Assembly: GCA_001767855.1 (NCBI GenBank)
Contig: MEMF01000002.1
Coordinates: 369,493-433,492 of the forward strand
Source of the DNA: Alphaproteobacteria bacterium RIFCSPHIGHO2_01_FULL_41_14
GTDB taxonomy: Bacteria > Pseudomonadota > Alphaproteobacteria > UBA7879 > UBA5542
Direction of reading: 5' to 3'
Length of the DNA: 64,000 nt
A model generated the notes under the pieces. The model ran no database searches and was not told the DNA's origin. It saw only the letters and a list, made by a program, of their open reading frames with translations. A program made the position numbers and the translations under genes. Shown piece after piece: positions 46,892 through 55,750 of the stretch (position 1 is its first letter; each line of letters starts with the position of its first letter).

Positions 46892-47645
46892 CGAAGTCTC
46901 TTAAGGAACTGCTTTGATCAGGATCGGTATCCCACGTTTCTTCCGAGAAAGAAATGGGGTGAGCTCCTGCTCTTTTTTTGTAATATTCTCGATGACGGTC
47001 TGCCCAATTCCTAGGAAGATATCCTTCTTCTAACAGCTGTCTATAGATTTGTACTCGTGTGGACGCTTGATAAATATAATATTGAGGAAGAAAGATTATG
47101 TGAGACATAAAATCTGAAACTTTTTGTTTGTCTCCTTTCTCTAAAGTTTCTAAGGTTTTGCATAGCCTCGCAATATTTTTCTTGGAAGAGTCTGAGTTGC
47201 CGTTAAGATTAATAAAATCACAGCCTAAAGTATCTCTCCATTCTTTTAGGTGGGCAGCACTTTTTGCTGTCAAACAATTAAAGGAGAGATCAAGAATGGC
47301 ACACTTGATTTCCTTTGGCCGGAGTTCAGGTAAAAGGCTTTGGGTAATTTCCGAAAAAGCATCATCATCCATCCCGTCTTGGTAAAAATTCAAAACATAG
47401 GTTTTAGTAGGATACAACTCTAAGCGAGAAAATCTTTCCGAAATGGAATCTGCATCACTATAAATTGATGGAGTCGAAGAATCCTCTTCTGCACCGTTAT
47501 CTAAAACATTTTTTGCAAATTTGCTGAGAACATTTAAACGAGAAAAATCTATATCTTCGGGTACTTTCGCTGCTGAAAAAGAATCCCTTACAAGAAGGCT
47601 GAGGAATACCAAAGCGCCTAAAAATAGCTTATTTATAGAGTTCAT
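46881..47645 (-). CDS. Hypothetical secreted protein (254 aa) with a short LRR-like segment
   Basis: Signal peptide MNSINKLFLGALVFLSLLVRDSFSA. Contains ILDLSFNCLTAKSAAHLKEWRDTLGCDFINLNGNS. Confidence 0.55.
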   Translation of the reverse strand: MNSINKLFLGALVFLSLLVRDSFSAAKVPEDIDFSRLNVLSKFAKNVLDNGAEEDSSTPSIYSDADSISERFSRLELYPTKTYVLNFYQDGMDDDAFSEITQSLLPELRPKEIKCAILDLSFNCLTAKSAAHLKEWRDTLGCDFINLNGNSDSSKKNIARLCKTLETLEKGDKQKVSDFMSHIIFLPQYYIYQASTRVQIYRQLLEEGYLPRNWADRHREYYKKRAGAHPISFSEETWDTDPDQSSSLRDFDAS

Positions 47646-48853
47646 TTTGCCACCATTCCAATAAACATTTGAAAAATATCAGATTTTTTCTGGAGATGCA
47701 ATTCAAAACGGACTCAGATCTCACCACCCGACAGTTTTTTCTTTTTTTTGGAAAAGTATCGGGTGGTAAGTTAAGTAAATAAATTCTAAAATACTGTATT
47801 ATTAATCTTTCTTCTATATATAGTCTAAGTTCTGCTTTCTCTATAATAAGGAGAAGTGGCAAGGAAAGACAGTAATCTTGAGGTAAAAGAATGAAAATAA
47901 CGACGATTGTGAGGATGGTGTGCCTCGGTGGATTCAGTTTAGCCGTGGCGGCAAGTTCAGCGTTTTAGGCTGATTGCTTAATCGAGGACAGGCCACAAGA
48001 AATAAAACGTACCCTTTCAACGATCGTAGCTGACCTTGATGGCCCCATTCACCCTCAGGATTTTTCGTTCCTATCACGCGAAGGAAAGGGTTTAGAGTCT
48101 GGCCCCCCCATGTTCTCAGGATTCTTATTTAAGGGCACGCATGGAGACCATTTTGGAGGGGCAGGCAAGCGAAAAGCAGCAACAGATACAAGATGAACTC
48201 GATGGAGTGTCGCCTAGAAAAAAAGAAAAACAAAGTATAAGGTGTCACAATAAGAAGTACGCTCTTTTCGCGTAAGCGTCGTGAAAAATATAAACTGCTT
48301 GTTGCGCTCTATAATGAGGCTTCTAAGAACCGAGCAGCCTTTGAGGCAGTTCCCCCCGTTTTATGAAGAATAGGAGGCCTGCTAATCAACCCTTTGGGTA
48401 ATTCTTAGGGGTAATTCTTTGGCGCCGACACACGTTGGGAAGGAGAGCAAAACGACTTTAAAAGAGAAAAAGCCGAACCTTTGTCCGGCTTTCTAAGCTG
48501 ATTCATTCTATATCTGTAAGGTAGCCCTCTTTTTTCCTGCAAGCTTCCCTGTGAGTGTCCGATTTCCGGACCTCAATTTTTGATTTATAAAGACGAGACT
48601 TCCTAAAATAGATATTTACATCAAGATAATGGATAAAAAGGGGTGGTGTCAATGCAAAAAAACACGTATCTACCCCCCGACAGAATTAAAGGGGCGTAAA
48701 AAAAGGTCGTCTTTGCGAGGAGATTCGAAGAATCGACGCGGCAATCCAGCTTATAAAGCCTGTCTTCGCTCTGACATAGTGCCTGTTATCAATATCCAAA
48801 AACAAAGGGTCTTTGAAGATGGGGCATACCCACAAAAAGACCTTTGTATCTTA

Positions 48854-49006
48854 TTATTTTTCGTCGTCCAACGGTTCCTCTTCTTCCTCTAAGGCAAGCT
48901 CGCAATAAACATTTGTACGATTCGGATCCACCATCCAAAAATCTTCTTCAGACTCATACTCAGAGGACTCAGGGGAGGGAAAAAAGGGAGGTATAGTATT
49001 TGTCAT
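48854..49006 (-). CDS. Possible small acidic protein (50 aa), not on the ORF track
   Basis: AAGGAG RBS 7 nt before ATG 49006. Translation: MTNTIPPFFPSPESSEYESEEDFWMVDPNRTNVYCELALEEEEEPLDDEK. Confidence 0.3.
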   Translation of the reverse strand: MTNTIPPFFPSPESSEYESEEDFWMVDPNRTNVYCELALEEEEEPLDDEK

Positions 49007-49151
49007 GGTCACGCTCCTTACTAGTTTGTCAGTCCGATATTAATGTTTTTGTTTTCATAAATACAGATGAAAAAACAAAAAATTTCTCTTTTTCAAAATT
49101 TTAAAGATTGCCCCTTCAACCAATGACAGTGAAAAGAAAGGAAGAACAAAC

Positions 49152-49614
49152 ATGTTAACACTTTTAGGATCTCTTCTAGGGTTTGTGGGCAGCCTTGTGC
49201 CCGAGATTTTTAAATATATTCGAGATTGTTCCGACCAATCACACGAGCTGAAAATTCTAGATCGGCAAGTCGATATGATGAAGTTGCGCCATGCCCACAA
49301 CTTGGAAGACTTACAAATGGTGGGTCAGACAGAAGCCTTAAAGGTTCTGTATAAATATCCCCCCAAAATGGGAGTTCGGTGGGTGGATGCCCTGAGCGGC
49401 AGCGTCCGTCCGGTGATCACCTATGCTTTTTTTGGCTTGTATCTTGGGTTGAAGGGGGTGCAAATTTATGGGTTGTGGCACTGGTTGCCCCTGGCCGGAT
49501 GGGGAGCATCTGCTGAGCAAAATTTGGCATGAGGAAGACCAGATTTTATTCGCAACCGTGGTGTCCTTTTGGTTTGGTCAACGGGCCTTGATTCGCCGAT
49601 TGAAGAAAGAGTAG
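49152..49614 (+). pseudogene. Putative 3-TM holin (GTA-holin-like), with the last TM segment in a different frame
   Basis: TM1 MLTLLGSLLGFVGSLVPEIF and TM2 VRPVITYAFFGLYLGL are in the track ORF, which stops at 49532. A +1 frame continues LLSKIWHEEDQILFATVVSFWFGQRALIRRLKKE and stops at 49612..49614, 4 nt before the lysozyme ATG. Confidence 0.5.
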
Positions 49615-49618
49615 TCTC

Positions 49619-50086
49619 ATGAATCGTCGAGTAAATGGTCAAGACGACACCTTCGTCAATACTCAGGCTATAAGGCTTATTAAAAAATTTGAGGGAAAGA
49701 GTCTGGTGCCTTACGCGTGCCCAGGGGGATACAAAACGATTGGGTGGGGGCATCGTGTGCTGCCGTACGAATCTTTCGTATCCCTTACGCTGAGAGAGGC
49801 TGAGGTTTTATTGGTGCACGACTTGCAGCGGTGCGGGCGGACATTGACCCAGTTGGTGACGGTACCGCTGGAACGCCATCAAGAAGCGGCCCTGCTATCG
49901 TTCCTATTCAATGTGGGAGGAGGGGCGTTTCAGCGCTCAACCCTGCGCATGAAAGTGAATCGGCAAGAACACTTAGACGTGCCGTACGAGTTCCATCGAT
50001 GGGTGTGGGCCAAAGGGCGGAAATTGCCCGGGTTAATCGCCCGCCGCGCTGTCGAAGCCGCGTGCTATGAAGGCGTGTTATTCTAG
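49619..50086 (+). CDS. Phage-type lysozyme / endolysin (GH24-like)
   Basis: AIRLIKKFEGKSLVPYACPGGYKTIGWGH..., QEAALLSFLFNVGGGAF, and WVWAKGRKLPGLIARR. Confidence 0.88.
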   Translation: MNRRVNGQDDTFVNTQAIRLIKKFEGKSLVPYACPGGYKTIGWGHRVLPYESFVSLTLREAEVLLVHDLQRCGRTLTQLVTVPLERHQEAALLSFLFNVGGGAFQRSTLRMKVNRQEHLDVPYEFHRWVWAKGRKLPGLIARRAVEAACYEGVLF

Positions 50087-50228
50087 GTTGGGTGGTGTGT
50101 CGGGGAAGCTTCTGCATAATCGATCTCAGGAAGACTAGATCCCAGCCCCGCGCGGGAATGATAAAAGGAGTACAAGGATGGAAAAAGGGTTGACCCGCAT
50201 TCCAAAATCTTCCATAAAAATAAAGATC

Positions 50229-50334
50229 TATAGCTAGAACCATTTAAATTGAGCATAGGCACGGCGCAGCGAAACGGAGTAAACCTATGTGAATGAGGAG
50301 TAACGCATTCATTTTATAAGGGATCGGTTATAAC
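50229..50334. repeat. MITE-like palindromic repeat family A, copy 2
   Basis: Aligns end to end with 24621..24728 with about 10 substitutions or indels. Confidence 0.85.
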
Positions 50335-50362
50335 ACTAAAAAATGAGGGGATGGAAGACTGA

Positions 50363-50632
50363 ATGGCGGGGGTTGTCTTGTGTTTGGTGATGATTCTTCT
50401 GGGGGAAGTCTTTGGGGCGGCAGGGGATGAGACGTTCACTTCCTTAGCGTTAAGAGTACATCCAGGTAGGATGATAGAGGCGAAAGAAGAAACGTTCCCC
50501 CCTATTTTTTTAAATAATTTTCCGTTCCATGCCTCTCAATTGGCGCAAAAAAGGCATCGTCGTTTAGAACAGGCTCAGCCTCCGCAAGACCAGGGAGCTA
50601 TTCAGAAGAAGAAAGAAAATAAAACACCATGA
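50363..50632 (+). CDS. Hypothetical small secreted protein
   Basis: Hydrophobic N-terminus MAGVVLCLVMILLGEVFGAAG; ATGA-coupled to the next ORF. Confidence 0.4.
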   Translation: MAGVVLCLVMILLGEVFGAAGDETFTSLALRVHPGRMIEAKEETFPPIFLNNFPFHASQLAQKRHRRLEQAQPPQDQGAIQKKKENKTP

Positions 50633-51582
50633 TTATTAAAAAAATTCCTTTGACCCTAAAACACCAAATAGTCTTGAAATTTTCTTGGCGATTTTTTGGG
50701 CGTGGAGCAGGGGTTGTTCTGATGACACTTGCGAGCTGGGGTGATGCCCCCATGCTGCCGCCGGCCTTGAAGGGGCACCCTCAGGACCCGGCCCATCGTG
50801 CCGCTTTGGAAACGCGGCTGCAGGCGTTGGAAGAAAAGAAAACCCAACTGGAAGCGATGCCCGGATCCCTCGATCAACAGCGCGAGTATCAGGCCCGCAT
50901 CGATCGGCTGTCTGAGCGACTGGGGCATCAAACCGTTCCCTTTTCAGAACCCCGAAATGGGGCATCTTCTGCGTCGTTACCGTCTCATCCGGAGACGGGA
51001 GAGGTGGATTATTTCCATGACCGAAGCCAAATCATGGCGGTGGATCACACCATTCAAGAGCGGGGGGGCATTCGGCCTCATAGCTCGTTGCTGGAAAACA
51101 TGCCCCGCACCAATCTGCATCGGTCGGTTTTGACCGGCTCTAAACGAGGTGTTGTGATTGATGGGGATCAACCGCCAAGACCTGCCTCCGTTACGGCGCC
51201 GGCTCTCGCCTCCTTAAATAGTCAGGTCCAAATGTCTACCCAGATGCCTACCCAAATTCCTGGGCCCCTCACCGTTGAGCCTGCAGTGCGTCAAGAGGAG
51301 CGATCCACTGTACCGGCGGCGGCGGTTCCGGGCCATCCGCTGGTTCTTCCGTCAGGCACCATGCCCCCGCCTCTCTGGGGGCAAACAGCTTCCCATCAAG
51401 ATTATGTGAATAAGGCCGGCTGGAGTGCAACCCCTCCACCCATCACAGGGCCCTTGTTTCAGGCGCCTCCGTCCCCCATGTCCCACACGTCCGGAACGGC
51501 TGGTGTCGGATACCTTGGCAATGAGCATGATCCACGGTTTTCTTTTGCGCCGCAAAAGCTGATTCAAAGCTGGGGTCGCTAA
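50629..51582 (+). CDS. Hypothetical GC-rich, proline-rich protein (317 aa)
   Basis: N-terminal hydrophobic segment GAGVVLMTLASWG, coiled coil LETRLQALEEKKTQLEAM, and a low-complexity Pro/Ser/Thr-rich C-terminal half. Confidence 0.5.
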   Translation: MIIKKIPLTLKHQIVLKFSWRFFGRGAGVVLMTLASWGDAPMLPPALKGHPQDPAHRAALETRLQALEEKKTQLEAMPGSLDQQREYQARIDRLSERLGHQTVPFSEPRNGASSASLPSHPETGEVDYFHDRSQIMAVDHTIQERGGIRPHSSLLENMPRTNLHRSVLTGSKRGVVIDGDQPPRPASVTAPALASLNSQVQMSTQMPTQIPGPLTVEPAVRQEERSTVPAAAVPGHPLVLPSGTMPPPLWGQTASHQDYVNKAGWSATPPPITGPLFQAPPSPMSHTSGTAGVGYLGNEHDPRFSFAPQKLIQSWGR

Positions 51583-51626
51583 TCGTAGGATCAGTTGTGG
51601 TTTTTATGGGGGCGTTGAGGTTTGGC

Positions 51627-52124
51627 TCAGGGGTAATCTAGGTAGTCAGGATTTAGATCAGGATAAGCCTTTGGGTTTAAATAATACGCATTTTGAAAGC
51701 TAATTTGATCTTCATACCACCGTTCCTGCTCTGCCTCTGTCTTGGGGTACCAATAGGATGGCGTCGACTCCTTTGTTGGTGGTTGAGAGGCGACAGACTC
51801 TGTCAAGAAAACATCGGCGGTGTCTTCAGCTGCAACGGCTTCTTCACCTAAGGTGGGTATGGCAGTGTTAAATATGCTCCCCGAAGCCTCTACAGGATCA
51901 TCCCAACTGTTAAAGACGGAATTGTCGAAAGAATGCCGGGGTTGGTTGTGGTCGTCATATACAAAAAAAGGGGAAAGGGGAGGACGGTTTAAAGAGGGAG
52001 GACAAGATTCTTGGCGATGAAATGTATTAGGAGACCCGAGCGGTTCTGCTGCGTTTGTCATGGCCTGAGAAAAGCTGGACAATAATCCCAACATAAGGAT
52101 AAAAAAAGGAAGAGCAGGTTTCAT
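51627..52124 (-). CDS. Hypothetical secreted protein
   Basis: Signal peptide MKPALPFFILMLGLLSSFSQA; mature part is Pro/Asp/Tyr-rich. Confidence 0.55.
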   Translation of the reverse strand: MKPALPFFILMLGLLSSFSQAMTNAAEPLGSPNTFHRQESCPPSLNRPPLSPFFVYDDHNQPRHSFDNSVFNSWDDPVEASGSIFNTAIPTLGEEAVAAEDTADVFLTESVASQPPTKESTPSYWYPKTEAEQERWYEDQISFQNAYYLNPKAYPDLNPDYLDYP

Positions 52125-52248
52125 GAAGATCTCCTTATTTCCTTTATTAGACTCGATTACGGGGGAAAAGACAATACTTGTTGTTCAGATAGCCTTCCCC
52201 CTCCGACCGTTTTTTAAAAAAAGGAAACCACTGTCTTTGCGAGAAAAT

Positions 52249-52794
52249 TCAGGAGGAGGCGTCTTTCGGTTTTTTCCTTTCTTCAGAGGAATCAAAGCCA
52301 GAAGGGGAGAGTCCTAAAACCCCGCGGGTTTTTTGGGTTCTAAAAATAAGTTTTTCAAAGAGAGGCATCATCTTCCGCTCAAGAATGAGTTGGTTTTGAG
52401 ATCCTCCGGTTGCCCCAAGTTGCCACTTTAAGGCTTTTGTGAGGTGTTCTCTCGCGGCTTCTTGGTCCGTTAGCAGATAGGCAGGAAGTACTTCCCATCT
52501 GAAGGTTCTGAGCTGTTTTCTAACCTCTCGGAGCTCGTGGATTAACATGGTAAGTTCGTCTATGACAGCGCCCGTAATAATAGCCCCTAACTCTGGACCA
52601 GCTGTATGTTTCTCAGGGCTGCGCTTTGGCTGAGAGAGCTGAAGTTTCCACCTCTCTATCAATTCTTCATAATGTTTGAGAGGGGACGGGGGGGAAAGGC
52701 TTTCTTCTGCTGGCGAGAAGCCGGTGGCAGAAACAGAAGGGAAGGGGGGGCTTAGGGCAAGGAGGGTCATTAAGATAAAGAGGAGAAAGCGCAT
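52249..52794 (-). CDS. Hypothetical secreted coiled-coil protein
   Basis: Signal peptide MRFLLFILMTLLALSPPFPSVSA; contains the helix LTMLIHELREVRKQLRTFRWEVL. Confidence 0.55.
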   Translation of the reverse strand: MRFLLFILMTLLALSPPFPSVSATGFSPAEESLSPPSPLKHYEELIERWKLQLSQPKRSPEKHTAGPELGAIITGAVIDELTMLIHELREVRKQLRTFRWEVLPAYLLTDQEAAREHLTKALKWQLGATGGSQNQLILERKMMPLFEKLIFRTQKTRGVLGLSPSGFDSSEERKKPKDASS

Positions 52795-52998
52795 AAGAAA
52801 CCTTTATTATTCATGTGTGAGCCGATCTTTTTTAAGGTATGTGGCCTTTTTAAAGTATACGGGGCTAAAAATCTAAAATCTATGGAAAGAAAAAGGGGAG
52901 GGAGAGAAAACAGATTTTTCTGGTTTCTTTTTTTTGACCTCGTGGTCACTTTTTCCCGTCACCTTCGAAATTTTTATGAATGTTTTCGAGAGTGATTT

Positions 52999-53346
52999 CT
53001 AGAGGGAGGAGAGCTTGGCAAGAAACGCCGCGACGTCGGCCTCGGTGGGCCTAGATTCTGGGATAAACTGGTCGAGATTCAACTGTTGTAAGGCTGTTTT
53101 TATATTTTGTTCCGGCTCTTCCGAAGAGGCAATAAGGAGAACCTCTCGGAGAAGAGATTCCATGACATTGACCTGTTTTCTGAGCCTAATATTGTGCATT
53201 TCTAACCGGTCGACTTCACCCAAAAGAAAGAGTATTTTGTGGTGGAGGGGAGGGGATTCATCCTTGTCTTCTCCCGTTGCCGCATGGTTGAGACCCATGC
53301 TGAGAGCAAGGATCACCCAGAGGGCCGCTGATTTCACGAAAGTCAT
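52999..53346 (-). CDS. Hypothetical secreted coiled-coil protein
   Basis: Signal peptide MTFVKSAALWVILALSMGLNHA; contains the helix LGEVDRLEMHNIRLRKQVNVMESLLREVL. Confidence 0.55.
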   Translation of the reverse strand: MTFVKSAALWVILALSMGLNHAATGEDKDESPPLHHKILFLLGEVDRLEMHNIRLRKQVNVMESLLREVLLIASSEEPEQNIKTALQQLNLDQFIPESRPTEADVAAFLAKLSSL

Positions 53347-53538
53347 TTGGGTGTGTTCCCTATTTTAATTTGATGAAGCCTCCTTCATGGAAGTGGTTAT
53401 CCCTGGATTTAATATAGACTATTTACGTGATTTTTACAGCAATAACGATTTCCCTTAGGGGAGGCGCACCCGAGGTCAAAAGAGAAAGGCCAAGGAAATC
53501 CTTGGCCTTTTAGTTTTTAGTCGATTCACACAAAAAGT

Positions 53539-54378
53539 TTAAATCTGAGCTTCACTTTCATCATGAGTCTGTTCTGCCACAGTTGACGCTGTCAGATCTG
53601 CTGCTTCTTGGTCCGCTGCCGTTTGAGCTTTTGCCTGAGCTACGAATGCATCTACCCTCATCTGAAGATCTGCATTGATTACCTGAGCTTCTTCAAGCTG
53701 GGCAGCTAGGTCACCGACTTGCTGATTAGTCATCGCTAACATCTCCTCCAGAGCTTCTACTCTTTGAATAGATCCTAGCATTATTCCATCTCCCTCATCT
53801 ACATGGCTTCTAAGATCTCTGAAGATCCTTACAAACCACTTCATGACATCTGCCTCAGTAGTCTCTGGGGTATTTAATTGGTTGCCCCCGTATTCAAAAA
53901 TAAGGTCAAGAGCCTCCCTAGGGAAGGTCTCTCTAGAAAGGGCGCCTACGAGGGGTACTGGTGCTGCGTCTTTGTCATCGGATTTCTCATCAACACCAGG
54001 TCCTTCTTGCAATGGGGCAGAGGGAGCAATGGCTTCTTCCTCATCTGAGGCTGCTGAATCGTAATCTTCTAATGCGAATAAGTTAGGTGAGGTAGCAGCT
54101 GCAGCAGCTTCTTCTGCTGGTAAGTCAGCTGGGGGAACCGTTACTGGGCTGCGGGATAATGGGCCTGGAAGAGTGCTTTCATCTTTTAGGAGGTCCCCTA
54201 TTTGGGTTATGCTCCCGGTAGGAACAGGCTCGAGCGTCAAGACACTAAGTTCGGGTGTTTCTGCTCTGACGGCGCTAACTTGAACGGGGAGATCTTGTTC
54301 TTCCCCAGCCGCATTCCCTAAAGTGACCCCAAGGGCGAGTATCAGCCCCAGAGCCGTTGTTCTGATTAAATTCATCAA
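53539..54378 (-). CDS. Hypothetical secreted acidic or coiled-coil protein
   Basis: Signal peptide MMNLIRTTALGLILALGVTLGNA, an Ala/Glu/Pro-rich acidic centre, and C-terminal coiled coil VEALEEMLAMTNQQVGDLAAQLEEAQ. Confidence 0.6.
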   Translation of the reverse strand: MMNLIRTTALGLILALGVTLGNAAGEEQDLPVQVSAVRAETPELSVLTLEPVPTGSITQIGDLLKDESTLPGPLSRSPVTVPPADLPAEEAAAAATSPNLFALEDYDSAASDEEEAIAPSAPLQEGPGVDEKSDDKDAAPVPLVGALSRETFPREALDLIFEYGGNQLNTPETTEADVMKWFVRIFRDLRSHVDEGDGIMLGSIQRVEALEEMLAMTNQQVGDLAAQLEEAQVINADLQMRVDAFVAQAKAQTAADQEAADLTASTVAEQTHDESEAQI

Positions 54379-54637
54379 CTATCCTCCATGTTTCATTTAA
54401 TATTATCTATGTTTCGTATATCGGGTTTCAGGATCTGATTCAACATATTTTTTCCATATCTAGTGAACCTATACCTATACCCTTACACTTTATTCTGGGC
54501 AAAAGAGAGTAAATCTGCTATTGCGGATAGGAAGGAACCCTTGATCTTTACGTAAGGGTTAAGAGAAGTAGAATTTAAGACGCCAAGAGGATGAGGCGTG
54601 AGACCGGCTAGATTTGAATTTTTGAATAAGGAACTTT

Positions 54638-54856
54638 ATGGCAAAAGAAGATTTAATTGAAATGGAAGGAGAGGTCTTTGAGCTATTGCCCAATGCAACC
54701 TTTCGCGTGAGACTAGAAAATGGTCATGAAATCATTGCCCACACCTCGGGCCGTATGCGCAAACATAAAATTCGAGTTATGTTGGGGGATAAAGTGACCG
54801 TCGAGATGACCCCGTATGACTTAACGAAAGGGCGGATTACTTTCCGTTCAAAGTAG
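54638..54856 (+). CDS. infA: Translation initiation factor IF-1
   Basis: [70 protein letters not shown], an essentially canonical IF-1 sequence. Confidence 0.97.
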   Translation: MAKEDLIEMEGEVFELLPNATFRVRLENGHEIIAHTSGRMRKHKIRVMLGDKVTVEMTPYDLTKGRITFRSK

Positions 54857-54863
54857 CCCAACA

Positions 54864-54966
54864 CCAACCCCATCTTTTTGTTTGATCCTTCATCCCTGCG
54901 TTGCTCGCGTAGGGTAACTACGCGTCGCGCCTAGGGCTTCGTCTCAATTCAAAAATCTGAGGTTGG
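54864..54966. repeat. Palindromic repeat family C, copy 1 (about 103 bp)
   Basis: ccaaccccatctttttgtttgatccttcatccctgcgttgctcgcgtag-ggtaa-ctacgcg...aaaaatctgaggttgg; the arms are imperfect inverted repeats. Confidence 0.75.
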
Positions 54967-54973
54967 ACCAGCT

Positions 54974-55062
54974 CTCTCTTTTTGTTTGATCCTTCATTCC
55001 CGTGTTGCTCGCGTAGGGTAACTATGCGAAAGCGACGGGAACAAGTCACACCAAAAAAGATG
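54974..55062. repeat. Palindromic repeat family C, copy 2
   Basis: ctctttttgtttgatccttcattcccgtgttgctcgcgtagggtaactatgcg...; the left arm is nearly identical to copy 1. Confidence 0.75.
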
Positions 55063-55199
55063 CTTAAAGATTAATCTGGAATAACAGTCGAGTACATCAC
55101 CTCTTGCGGGATGTCAAAGCCTTCTCTTTGAATTAAAGAGTTGTCTTGGGGAAACGTTCAGTGATATCTTCAACGGGTGAGTATGAGAGGGTGTGGCGG

Positions 55200-55457
55200 A
55201 TGACAGTTGAACATGAGGATACGAGGACGTCTGTTCCAGAAAAAAAAACTAAAAAATCGGAACAATGTCCTTTGTGCCAGAAAGAGGTGTCTTTGTCTTA
55301 TCGTCCTTTTTGCTCGAAAAGATGTAAGATGGTAGATCTTTATAAATGGGTTTCTGGCCATTATGTAATTCCCGGGGATCCCGCAGAAGTGGTAAAAGTA
55401 GAAGAACAAGAGGCGAAAGAAGAGTGGGAAAAAGCCTGGAATGAAAAGGATTTCTAG
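55200..55457 (+). CDS. yacG: DNA gyrase inhibitor YacG (zinc finger)
   Basis: CPLCQKEVSLSYRPFCSKRCKMVDLYKWVSGHYVIPG. ATG 55200 is preferred over the TTG at 55146. Confidence 0.8.
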   Translation: MTVEHEDTRTSVPEKKTKKSEQCPLCQKEVSLSYRPFCSKRCKMVDLYKWVSGHYVIPGDPAEVVKVEEQEAKEEWEKAWNEKDF

Positions 55458-55750
55458 GGGCGTACGACCGGTTTGTTTGGGAAGTCCCTTCGCTATGTTA
55501 AGAAACAAACTGAATAAATTTTGGTGTATCCCCTGAGAGAAAATAATGAAGAAGAGTTTTAGTCTTCCCCCCTGTCGTCATCCAGAGCCAATTCGCACGA
55601 ATTGGCGTGGGATCCAGCTGTCTTAAATATACTCCCGGCATATGATCAGAGAGGAGACAGCTTTATTAAGATGGATTGCTTTGGAAATCTTGGGCGGATT
55701 TCCGCGCAATGACGGAAAGAGGTGCGGGAACGAGACGGAAAAATGGTTGT

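Noticed and set aside
48629-48892. 87-aa plus-strand ORF in the gene desert
   Set aside because: The translation is Lys/Arg-rich low-complexity sequence with no RBS. It overlaps the better-supported small minus-strand ORF region.
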